Source of the DNA: a virus
Taxonomy: Duplodnaviria; Heunggongvirae; Uroviricota; Caudoviricetes
Strand: one strand, 5' to 3'
Length of the DNA stretch: 16,655 nt
IMG/VR virus record: IMGVR_UViG_2698536647_000004
Span: 1 to 16,655 of that record
Shown here: one piece after another, positions 9,904 to 16,655 of the stretch
How the letters are laid out: the number at the start of each line of letters is the position of its first letter
Position numbering within the stretch: position 1 is the first letter of the stretch
The notes under the pieces: model-generated
Database searches by the model: none
Told to the model about the DNA's origin: nothing
The model's input: the letters and a program-made list of their open reading frames with translations, nothing else
Program-made: the position numbers and the translations under genes

Positions 9904-9937
9904 TTTCTTGCGGGTTCTTAATTAAACCCGCAAGAGC
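9904..9937. other. Stable stem-loop (stem of at least 9 bp, CTTGCGGGT / ACCCGCAAG) just after the hsdR stop; function unknown
   Basis: Direct read. The T-run is on the 5' side of the stem on the plus strand, so it is not a canonical intrinsic terminator in either orientation. Confidence 0.5.
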
Positions 9938-9969
9938 TCGTGGGGTTCCAAATGGCTAATATACTCCCC

Positions 9970-10056
9970 TTACCCATGCGCGACGATGCCGCCAAAAGTG
10001 ATAGAGAACAGCCAGAAATAGATCGCGGCCATAATGATTTTGAATGCCGTGTTCAT
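9970..10056 (-). CDS. Candidate small hydrophobic protein (28 aa, MNTAFKIIMAAIYFWLFSITFGGIVAHG)
   Basis: ATG at 10056 with AGGAG 8 nt upstream. The whole peptide looks like a single transmembrane helix. Not in the supplied ORF track (too short). It lies between a C1-operator-like site and the end of hsdR. Confidence 0.3.
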   Translation of the reverse strand: MNTAFKIIMAAIYFWLFSITFGGIVAHG

Positions 10057-10084
10057 ATTTTCAGCTCCTGTGATTGATTGGATA

Positions 10085-10115
10085 CATGCCGCGCCTTGCG
10101 GCATGTTTTTATTTT
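10085..10115 (+). terminator. Rho-independent terminator, plus orientation
   Basis: GC-rich 8-bp stem CATGCCGC (10085-10092) / GCGGCATG (10098-10105) with loop GCCTT, followed by TTTTTATTTT. It is the first canonical terminator downstream of hsdR. Confidence 0.7.
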
Positions 10116-10138
10116 CACTTTCTCTGTTTTAAAAATCA

Positions 10139-10155
10139 AGATTTATTAGAGCAAT
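10139..10155 (-). promoter_or_regulatory. C1-repressor-operator-like 17-mer ATTGCTCTAATAAATCT (16/17 to the recalled consensus)
   Basis: Read on the minus strand immediately after the stop of the HAD-like gene. The weak promoter-like hexamers TTGATT and GAAAAT follow it. Confidence 0.6.
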
Positions 10156-10661
10156 TATTGTTGATGAAGAAGCGCATTTTCGTACTCTCTGACCATTAAC
10201 GTAAGCACGCCGTGATGCCTGAAAACACGCGCTACTTCAATCTTATCTTCCAGCGCGAACGCAATTTTACTTAGACCAATTTTCTTAAGGAGATCAATCT
10301 TTGCTGGACCATCATTTCTGTCATCGGTGGCAGGACGCATAGATAGCAAAGGCTCAGCCCCATTTGTTACGTGCTTACGCAACCAGGCTCGTGTTTTATC
10401 CCTTGCGATCTCACAGCGCCCGGTTACAAACCAGACCGTGTAAACGTTAAATAACTGGCGCACCATATCAATAACTGGAGTGATGGGAGTATCGGTGTCA
10501 CAGGCGAGATTAAACTCGTTCCAGTCCTTTGTTACTGCACCTTTACCTGGTGGCGGAAGCAAATGCAGTCTGTCTTCAGTTGCCTCTGATATTGTTCCAT
10601 CAATATCGACTATGACGATATACGGACGTTCCTGGTGTGCGTGTTTATTGAAAATACTCAA
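10155..10661 (-). CDS. HAD-superfamily phosphatase-like protein (168 aa)
   Basis: TTG start at 10661 preceded by a strong AGGAGG (4-5 nt spacer) and an in-frame upstream stop. HAD motif I DIDGT (VIVDIDGTIS). Possibly equivalent to a P1 phosphatase gene, but I cannot confirm that from memory. Confidence 0.6.
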   Translation of the reverse strand: MSIFNKHAHQERPYIVIVDIDGTISEATEDRLHLLPPPGKGAVTKDWNEFNLACDTDTPITPVIDMVRQLFNVYTVWFVTGRCEIARDKTRAWLRKHVTNGAEPLLSMRPATDDRNDGPAKIDLLKKIGLSKIAFALEDKIEVARVFRHHGVLTLMVREYENALLHQQ

Positions 10662-10732
10662 ATGCCCTCCTCATTGGACGAAAAAATGCTGGTGGGCGCA
10701 CTCCACCAACATTAAAAGTGACACTGTAACTA

Positions 10733-11995
10733 TCAGCGAACGTAAATAGTGCCGCCGTTCTCTTTTTCCCATGCATCGCTACGTGCATAGCAAACATCGA
10801 GAAGTCTTCTTGCCGCTGTTTCCTCTAAACCCAATTCGACAACCAACTGTTCATGACGGCGGGTAACCACATCAAACAACGTATGCAGCCCTTTAGTTGC
10901 CAGTTCATCAATGAATTCCGGTTCGAACGGTAGCTCTGCATCTGCCAACATAACCTCTTGCGCCCACTCGACACGGCGGACCAGTTCCGGGCGGCGGCTT
11001 TCCATCTCTTTACAGATCAATTCATGGAAGAACTCTACCCAACCTTCCGGCTGGAACTCGCGGAAAATGGCCAACGGCTGGAAGTTTGGCATCAACCATT
11101 CGTTGATACGGATATCAATGGCATAGCCCATGTCGCAGCAGAACTGATAAGCAAAGTCCAGCTTAGAAACGATATAAGGACGCTCGTTATTGAACTCTTT
11201 AGGCGATGAGATCCCATAAGCCAGGAGGCGCGGGAAGAATGAGATTTGCCCTAACGTCGGATGAAGTTTGCTTGCAGGGAAACGGCGCTCAGTAATGCCA
11301 TACATTTCCTTCTTGAGCGTCGCAAATTTGGCATTCTCATTAACCAGCGCGGTAACCTCTGCTTTTTTATTAGCAAATGCCACGCGCGCTTCGCTTGCAT
11401 CTTTAATAGTTTTTTTGAGCTGTTGGTTAAGGTCGGCGACCTGTTTACGCAGTTCCTGCCGCTCGCTTTTAGCTTTGTTATAGCGTTTCTCAAGGTTAAA
11501 AGGATCAAGTTTCATGATCTCTTTATATTGAGATTTTAGCGTTGAAATCTGTGAGTTCCGCAGTTCAACCATCGCGGTCATTTCATTGAGTTTTGTTTCC
11601 AGCTCAATGCTTATACGTTCGGCATTATCAGCACGCTGGTTGGCGTCATGCGTCGCATCGTCGATCGCATCCTGTTGCTGGCGTTTCAAATGTTCAATTT
11701 GCAGCTGAAGCTCTTCAATTTCTTTACCCTTCAGACCGAGATCCAACTGCATATTTTCAGCTGCATCTACCAGGGAGTTATGGCTATCAGCTTCTGCGTT
11801 ATAAACATCAATAAGCTGTGCGTGAAGCATCTCCGCTGACTGAACCGCATTATCAAAAAAACGTGCTGTGAGGTCATCACAACTAACGCGGCGTTGCGCG
11901 GCCCGGATGTTCTGGATAATGGCCGGGATACCGGCATTCAGGACATCAGGGATAGATACATTTTCGATTGATTGGTTTTGTGCTGAAGTGCTCAT
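10733..11995 (-). CDS. Hypothetical 420-aa protein: long N-terminal coiled-coil region plus a C-terminal domain of unknown function
   Basis: ATG at 11995. Residues about 90-230 are heptad-rich (EIEELQLQIEHLKRQQQ...ELRKQVADLNQQLKK). I do not recognise any catalytic motif in the C-terminal 190 aa. Confidence 0.7.
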   Translation of the reverse strand: MSTSAQNQSIENVSIPDVLNAGIPAIIQNIRAAQRRVSCDDLTARFFDNAVQSAEMLHAQLIDVYNAEADSHNSLVDAAENMQLDLGLKGKEIEELQLQIEHLKRQQQDAIDDATHDANQRADNAERISIELETKLNEMTAMVELRNSQISTLKSQYKEIMKLDPFNLEKRYNKAKSERQELRKQVADLNQQLKKTIKDASEARVAFANKKAEVTALVNENAKFATLKKEMYGITERRFPASKLHPTLGQISFFPRLLAYGISSPKEFNNERPYIVSKLDFAYQFCCDMGYAIDIRINEWLMPNFQPLAIFREFQPEGWVEFFHELICKEMESRRPELVRRVEWAQEVMLADAELPFEPEFIDELATKGLHTLFDVVTRRHEQLVVELGLEETAARRLLDVCYARSDAWEKENGGTIYVR

Positions 11996-11996
11996 T

Positions 11997-12215
11997 TCAA
12001 AGTTCCGTATTAGCTTGTGCTTCGGTCATTTTTCCTAAGTATGAAGGAGGAAGGACTACGCAATTTGTATCCAGTCCCTCACCTATGGCAGCCTGTAAAA
12101 TTCTGGCTAAGGTGAGTCTCTTGTTGCGATACCTGGTGATGACATGCCTGATACCGCCGGTCGGCGTAACAAAGGCGATCAGCCAGTAGTGATATTTCCG
12201 TCGGAATGGCCACAT
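11997..12215 (-). CDS. Hypothetical small protein (72 aa if started at the ATG at 12215), stop 1 nt before the ATG of the 420-aa gene
   Basis: The ORF track gives 11997..12272, but that 5' extension overlaps the minus-strand terminator. The ATG at 12215 has AGGGTG upstream. The tight spacing to the next gene suggests coupling. Confidence 0.4.
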   Translation of the reverse strand: MWPFRRKYHYWLIAFVTPTGGIRHVITRYRNKRLTLARILQAAIGEGLDTNCVVLPPSYLGKMTEAQANTEL

Positions 12216-12229
12216 AGTGCACCCTGTAG

Positions 12230-12246
12230 ATTGCTCTAATAAAAAA
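12230..12246 (+). promoter_or_regulatory. C1-repressor-operator-like 17-mer ATTGCTCTAATAAAAAA (14/17), plus orientation
   Basis: Direct read. It forms an inverted pair with the site at 12279-12295. Confidence 0.5.
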
Positions 12247-12267
12247 CGTGATGAGTGTACATCACGT
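12237..12267 (-). terminator. Rho-independent terminator, minus orientation, ending the glycosyltransferase-like operon
   Basis: Stem ACGTGATG (12246-12253) / CATCACGT (12260-12267) with a 6-nt loop. On the minus strand the stem is followed by TTTTTTATT. Confidence 0.7.
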
Positions 12268-12278
12268 TTCAAAAATAT

Positions 12279-12295
12279 GGAATTATTAGAGCAAT
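12279..12295 (-). promoter_or_regulatory. C1-repressor-operator-like 17-mer ATTGCTCTAATAATTCC (14/17), minus orientation
   Basis: Read on the minus strand directly after the stop of the glycosyltransferase-like gene. The following 30 nt closely resemble the sequence after the site at 10139-10155. Confidence 0.55.
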
Positions 12296-12296
12296 A

Positions 12297-12998
12297 TTAT
12301 TCTGATTCTCGCTCAAAAAACGAGCTGATAAGGGGAAGCCAATCCTCTGACACTTCGCGAGGTCGCGGTTTGCCGTGGAAAAAGATTATTCGGCAGTCTT
12401 TTGGTAATGCCCCATTCCCCCTGGAGTAACGCGCGCTCGCATATTTCGAACCAGGTTCCACAACATCGGCCTTGTAACTTACAAACCATCCTGGATACAG
12501 ATCCTGAAATGCTGGTGTATCATCGCCCATAACCTTTCGTAAGAACCCCTGGTCACCCCAGCACTCAGTAGTGACACAACGAGAAATCCAACCTTCCGGA
12601 TCTTGCCAGAATGAACTCCAGATATGCGCTTTAACACTATTTGGTATCCACAGGGCACCGCTGCCACGATATTGTGGATGGTAAAAATCCCTAAGCATGG
12701 TGAAGCTGGTTGGTGGATGCTCTAGGATTGGGCGTATATCACCGGCAATAACCGTGTCCAAATCCAGATAGAACAGATCATCGGTTATATCCGGTCGGAA
12801 CAACTCGATTTTCGCCCACCAGCCACGGCACTTTTGCCACTGGTTGATCAATGGGACAACTTTGACGCCAGGTACATGTAAACGCTTCAGGTCTGTCAGG
12901 CAAATAATTTCATAGCCTTTTGGCAGTTGATTAACCAGCCACTGCACATCGGAAGCGTTATAGTCACCACCAGAGCGAAAAACTAAAGCAATCTTCAT
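12297..12998 (-). CDS. Hypothetical protein (233 aa), possibly a glycosyltransferase (DxD-like LDLD motif)
   Basis: ATG at 12998 overlaps the stop of the upstream phosphatase gene (ATGA). The N-terminus [13 protein letters not shown] and [12 protein letters not shown] suggest a nucleotide-sugar transferase fold, but this is weak. Confidence 0.45.
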   Translation of the reverse strand: MKIALVFRSGGDYNASDVQWLVNQLPKGYEIICLTDLKRLHVPGVKVVPLINQWQKCRGWWAKIELFRPDITDDLFYLDLDTVIAGDIRPILEHPPTSFTMLRDFYHPQYRGSGALWIPNSVKAHIWSSFWQDPEGWISRCVTTECWGDQGFLRKVMGDDTPAFQDLYPGWFVSYKADVVEPGSKYASARYSRGNGALPKDCRIIFFHGKPRPREVSEDWLPLISSFFERESE

Positions 12999-13687
12999 GC
13001 TGCACCATCACCTTTCACTTTCATCAATGTCAGGTTTCCGCAAAATACGGCACCAGTGTCGATATACTGCTGATTCCAGAATGTCTTCGGGCTTTTCACC
13101 GGAGTGTGACCAAAGATAAAACGATCTGCGCCCGAAATTTCGCCACCAATATCATCCATCGAATCACTGATACGCTCGCGCGCCCAGACAACGTTGAAAA
13201 GCGGCACCTCCTTACCGAATTGGTATTCATTATCCGGATAGTCGGCATGGGCTATAACGATAGTTTCTTGCCCGGTGTTCAACTCAATGATATAGGGCAG
13301 ACGCTTTACCAGCTCCACCAGCGCCCAGGCTAATATTTCCTGATCAGTGTCCAGCATGAAGAACCATTGTCCGCCATTCATTAGCCAGTTATTCACGTTG
13401 CCATCTGGACTTAACGCATCAATCATCAGCCGCTCATGGTTCCCCATCACTGCCCTGAACCAGGGCATCTGCAATAGTTCCAGACATTCGACATTTTCAG
13501 TACCGCGATCGATAAGGTCGCCGACCGATATCAGTAAATCCTGCGCCGGGTCAAAATCCACACGATGGAGTTCGGACATCAGTCTGGTGTAGCAACCATG
13601 CAGATCACCAACAACCCAGACATTCCTGTATTTGGTACCGTCGATACGGTGATAAATTGTGGGTGCCATCATGTATTCTTCAGCCAT
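12995..13687 (-). CDS. Ser/Thr protein phosphatase of the lambda PPase (calcineurin-like metallophosphoesterase) family; likely P1 ppp-like
   Basis: Motifs GDLHGC, GDLIDRG, GNHE and a C-terminal GHTP. Strongly resembles the lambda phosphatase (nin region ORF221) from memory. The true start may be the ATG at 13669, which overlaps the upstream stop by 1 nt. Confidence 0.85.
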   Translation of the reverse strand: MAEEYMMAPTIYHRIDGTKYRNVWVVGDLHGCYTRLMSELHRVDFDPAQDLLISVGDLIDRGTENVECLELLQMPWFRAVMGNHERLMIDALSPDGNVNNWLMNGGQWFFMLDTDQEILAWALVELVKRLPYIIELNTGQETIVIAHADYPDNEYQFGKEVPLFNVVWARERISDSMDDIGGEISGADRFIFGHTPVKSPKTFWNQQYIDTGAVFCGNLTLMKVKGDGAA

Positions 13688-14295
13688 TCTTTAAGAGTCA
13701 TCTGTGGAATGCCTCCCATTTTCCCGCATGAAACAACGTCAATCTGTTCACGCGCAGACTGGAATAACAAAGGCAGGTGACTTAGATTTTTTGGCGTGCC
13801 GCCGGAGTGAACGCGTGGTTCTTGTGTAGCGTCAACGCCCACCAGGGCGACATGTTTGAATCCGATATGGAAAGCCAGGTTCAGAGCGCCATATGCACTA
13901 TTGCCGCTGGCAATTTCATTCTCATCTTCGCAAAGTCCGAAATGTGCGGACCAACGCCACGCCCACCACTCGGGAGAATTCGTATTTTTTGGCTCCATGC
14001 CACGTTCAGCCACACGACGGAAGCACAGAACGCCGTCTCTGACTTCACGTTCTTTAACATCGGGTAGTGCCATGCAATAACAAACACCACGGCGACGGCG
14101 GCCACGACCAACGCGCCGCATATTGTCTGGCGATGGATCAAGTGTGAAAAAATAAGAAGCGCGGTTCAGCCAGTCGATGGCCCCATTGACCGCTATAATC
14201 GGCACTCCGCGCGGCGCAACAAAGTTTGCGGCGCTTGGGCCACTGCCGACGATAATAACGCGATCACTGCCTCTAAATTTATTCTTGGGAAACAT
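13669..14295 (-). CDS. MptE-like / DUF115-like protein, paralog A (208 aa)
   Basis: Motifs VIIVGSGPS ... IIAVNGAID ... [12 protein letters not shown] ... VALVGVDAT resemble the Rossmann-like core of PF01973 (MptE/Maf family), by recall. It is a paralog of the next gene. Confidence 0.45.
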   Translation of the reverse strand: MFPKNKFRGSDRVIIVGSGPSAANFVAPRGVPIIAVNGAIDWLNRASYFFTLDPSPDNMRRVGRGRRRRGVCYCMALPDVKEREVRDGVLCFRRVAERGMEPKNTNSPEWWAWRWSAHFGLCEDENEIASGNSAYGALNLAFHIGFKHVALVGVDATQEPRVHSGGTPKNLSHLPLLFQSAREQIDVVSCGKMGGIPQMTLKEWLKNT

Positions 14296-14855
14296 TGAAT
14301 TGCACAGCTCCTACTTGCATTCAAAATATGTAAATCTGCGTGTTTTTTGCGGGTATCCAGGAACTGCTGTTGCCATTTTGAAATAGACACCTGCGTTGGA
14401 TTCCGTAGGGCTTGAGGGTGTGCTCCATGCCAATGAAGGCCGTTTTGCAGAGAACAGTCATAGCCGACTAATACAACTACTTCAGCCCCTGATTCAGCCG
14501 CCAGACTGATAGTCTGCGCGCCGCTATTAACCCCTTCAGCCGGTCCACAATATCGCCTGTACTCCAACGAAAATGATTTCGCCGCCGCCAGGTTGGCTGT
14601 CACTTTGCGGAATCTCCCTCCCGGTATGGTGGATCCGTATTGCTTCCACCATGACAAATCACCGGCGTATAAGGCATAAATGTCATCGAACATCTGCCAG
14701 GAATTGTTAACCGCGATGATTGAACAGCCAGTTTTTTCTATAGCAGCACAGTCCTCACGAGTGAGTGACGGACCGCTACCGACACAAAAAACAGTCCTAG
14801 TCGCCCTGGGTGGTATGTTCATTCTCAGCTGCAAATTCAGCCTCCAGGCGAGCAT
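14193..14855 (-). CDS. MptE-like / DUF115-like protein, paralog B (about 208-220 aa)
   Basis: Motifs VFCVGSGPS ... IIAVNNSWQ ... SGAQTISLAA ... VVLVGYDCS. Start uncertain: ATG 14855, TTG 14834 (GGAGG 6 nt upstream) or ATG 14822. The 3' end overlaps paralog A by 103 nt in another frame. Confidence 0.45.
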   Translation of the reverse strand: MLAWRLNLQLRMNIPPRATRTVFCVGSGPSLTREDCAAIEKTGCSIIAVNNSWQMFDDIYALYAGDLSWWKQYGSTIPGGRFRKVTANLAAAKSFSLEYRRYCGPAEGVNSGAQTISLAAESGAEVVVLVGYDCSLQNGLHWHGAHPQALRNPTQVSISKWQQQFLDTRKKHADLHILNASRSCAIQCFPRINLEAVIALLSSAVAQAPQTLLRRAECRL

Positions 14856-14994
14856 TCATTTCAGCGATTACCGGGTCCACTACAGCATCTGCTTCCTGTT
14901 CATTACGCGGCATGATCGATGCCAGCGATTCATAATTAGCCTTGGATGACACAATTATTCTCCCGATGTTAATGTGCGCTATATCAAAGAGCAC
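14797..14994 (-). CDS. Questionable small ORF (65 aa, or 38 aa from an internal ATG)
   Basis: ORF track only. There is no convincing RBS at either candidate start. Confidence 0.25.
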   Translation of the reverse strand: MLFDIAHINIGRIIVSSKANYESLASIMPRNEQEADAVVDPVIAEMNARLEAEFAAENEHTTQGD

Positions 14995-15018
14995 ATATGC
15001 ACTAATTAATTTATTATT

Positions 15019-15381
15019 TTAAGCAGCATACAACCACTTGTCGCCGTTCAATACATGCTCAATAGCCTCACCCTTTTTAAGGCTTATGTATTCCAGGATG
15101 GCGGTTATCGCTTGTTCTGCACCATACGCAAGAACGACGTAGTAACCTTCCTCTCTAAGCCTGCGCATCCAGGCGATCTGCTCTTTCGTCGGGGCTTTAC
15201 CATTTGGTTCTTTAAGCTCAATTCGCATGCCGTGATAAATACCGCATGCTTTATCGAGACTCATGTCCGGATAACCTTTTTTCTGCCCTTCAGCCTTCAT
15301 TTTCCCGGCGGTTGCTTTTGAACGTTTCCCTCTGAAGTGGTTTACTGAATTTGGCCACCTGAACAGAGGTGATATGCTCAC
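15019..15381 (-). pseudogene. VRR-NUC domain nuclease gene, 5' end replaced by the IS911 terminus (native part 15019..15332)
   Basis: Core KGYPDMSL ... IELKEPNGKAPTKEQIAWMRRLREEGYYVVLAYG fits the VRR-NUC pattern (G.PD ... E.K ... Q). The first 16 codons of the ORF are encoded by IS911 inverted-repeat sequence, and the usual N-terminal portion of the domain is missing. Confidence 0.65.
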
Positions 15382-15667
15382 CTCAGAACAACACAGGTGC
15401 CATAATGAAAAAAAGAAATTTCAGCGCAGAGTTTAAACGCGAATCCGCTCAACTGGTCGTTGACCAGAATTACACCGTGGCAGATGCAGCCAGCGCTATG
15501 GATGTCGGCCTTTCCACAATGACGCGATGGGTGAAACAATTACGTGATGAGCGGCAGGGAAAAACACCAAAAGCCTCCCCCATTACCCCGGAACAAATTG
15601 AAATCCGTGAGCTCAGGAAAAAGCTACAACGTATTGAAATGGAAAATGAAATATTAAAAAAGGCTAC
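15333..15667 (+). mobile_element. IS911 (IS3 family) left-end fragment: left inverted repeat plus a truncated orfA (ATG 15405), interrupted by IS30
   Basis: Begins TGAAGTGG...; orf[89 protein letters not shown] matches IS911 OrfA (InsN) from memory. The frameshift heptamer A AAA AAG is at about 15655-15661, and IS30 sequence starts at 15668. Confidence 0.85.
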
Positions 15668-16655
15668 TGTAGATTCAATCTGTCAATGCAACACCCCTTT
15701 CAATTATCTCTTTCGGTGTTTTGAACTTCAGTGTCTTTCTCGGTCTGTTGTTTAGCTGAGCAGCAACCAGATCTAGTTCATGTTGAGTATATTGGGCAAG
15801 ACATGTCTTTTTAGGAAAGTACTGCCGAATTAGCCCATTTGTATTCTCATTTGTTCCCCGCTGCCAAGGACTCTGAGGATCGCAGAAGTAAACTTTAACG
15901 CCGGTGCTGACAGTAAATTCTAGATGTCTGGCCAGTTCCATTCCTCTGTCCCATGTCAGTGATTTTCTGAGTTCTGACGGTAAACTCAGGAATTTGTCGG
16001 TAAGAGCCTGATTTACTGAGACAGAATCTTTGCCCCTGAGTCTAAGGATGATCGTATAACGTGATTTTCGGTCTACAAGTGTGTCTATATGAGAGTTTTT
16101 TGTACCTGAGACTAAATCGCCCTCCCAATGCCCCAGAGAGCGTCTGTTATCGATATTTCGGGAACGTTCGTGAATTGGTGTTCCGTTCACTATGTTAATC
16201 GTACCTCTTTCGCCTTTGCGGGTATGACGCCTGCCATGGCGAAGGCTATGCGACCGTCGCAGATGCTGTATATTCAGGTGGTGTAGCGCTTCACGGCTAC
16301 GAAAGTACAGCGTTTTATAAATTGTCTCAGGTGATATTCGCAGCGTTTTTTGACGTGGTTTTGTTCGCCTTAACCATCCTGATATTTGCTCTGGAGACCA
16401 TTTCATCTCCAGCTTTTCCAGAACAAGCTTTCGCAATGGTAAATTTTGATCCAGTAAGCACGGTTTTGGCCTTTTCGCCATTCTGTTGGCTCGGTTATTA
16501 GCATCAACAGCTTTGTAATAGCGTCTGCCCCGATTACGCTGAACTTCACGTGAGATCGTCGAAGGACTGCGATTCAGCGCAGTAGCTATCGCACGAATGC
16601 TCATTTTGGCTGACAAACCAGCTCGTATCTCCTCGCGCTCAGACAGTGTCAGGTG
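15668..16655 (-). mobile_element. IS30, partial (right end and most of the transposase; continues beyond the window end)
   Basis: The terminus TGTAGATTCAATCTGTCAATGCAACA begins at 15668. The transposase frame is open from 15675 to the window edge (...[30 protein letters not shown]...) and matches IS30 InsI from memory. Confidence 0.9.
15675..16655 (-). CDS. IS30 transposase, C-terminal approx 326 codons (5' end outside window)
   Basis: Stop TGA at 15677-15675 inside the inverted repeat. A DDE-type catalytic region is present. The ORF track begins at an internal TTG, but the frame stays open to 16655. Confidence 0.9.
   Translation of the reverse strand, partial: HLTLSEREEIRAGLSAKMSIRAIATALNRSPSTISREVQRNRGRRYYKAVDANNRANRMAKRPKPCLLDQNLPLRKLVLEKLEMKWSPEQISGWLRRTKPRQKTLRISPETIYKTLYFRSREALHHLNIQHLRRSHSLRHGRRHTRKGERGTINIVNGTPIHERSRNIDNRRSLGHWEGDLVSGTKNSHIDTLVDRKSRYTIILRLRGKDSVSVNQALTDKFLSLPSELRKSLTWDRGMELARHLEFTVSTGVKVYFCDPQSPWQRGTNENTNGLIRQYFPKKTCLAQYTQHELDLVAAQLNNRPRKTLKFKTPKEIIERGVALTD

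Noticed and set aside
9904-9937. Calling this hairpin the hsdR intrinsic terminator
   Set aside because: No U-tract follows the stem in either orientation. The canonical terminator is at 10085-10115.
1849-12295. Reading the ATTGCTCTAAT motif as a boxA / nut-like antitermination element
   Set aside because: There is partial resemblance to TGCTCTTTAACAA-type boxA, but the 17-bp pattern and its placement at promoter-proximal gene boundaries fit the P1 C1 operator consensus better. No boxB-like hairpin follows the sites consistently.
12217-12429. 70-aa plus-strand ORF
   Set aside because: It spans the minus-strand terminator and operator pair and the 3' end of the glycosyltransferase-like gene. 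It is more likely non-coding.
15369-15755. 128-aa plus-strand ORF as an intact gene
   Set aside because: It is a chimera: IS911 leader and orfA joined to out-of-frame IS30 terminal sequence. The real feature is a truncated IS911 orfA.

Overview
This window reads as a P1-like phage/phage-plasmid segment carrying a complete type IC restriction-modification locus (hsdM-hsdS-hsdR) next to the phd-doc addiction module, bounded and damaged by insertion sequences. Left to right: the left end of IS26 (1-296), inserted into the 3' end of a pacA-like terminase small-subunit gene that contains a pac-like cluster of TGATCA hexamers; then minus-strand genes for an lpa-like protein, a DUF968-like protein, a small doc-coupled ORF, doc and phd; then plus-strand hsdM, hsdS (with a 2 x 12-bp TAEL repeat and an AT-rich second target-recognition domain) and hsdR. 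Downstream of hsdR lies a minus-strand block of poorly characterised genes: a 28-codon hydrophobic ORF, a HAD-like phosphatase, a 420-aa coiled-coil protein and a 72-aa ORF, then a second operon with a glycosyltransferase-like protein, a lambda-type Ser/Thr phosphatase, two paralogous MptE/DUF115-like proteins and a VRR-NUC protein. The right end is an IS911 fragment interrupted by a partial IS30. A 17-bp motif matching the P1 C1 repressor operator consensus, as I recall it, occurs four times at operon boundaries. The best candidates for an undescribed system are the two operator-flanked minus-strand gene blocks beside hsdR. All family assignments come from reading the translations and from memory of known families; no database search was run.
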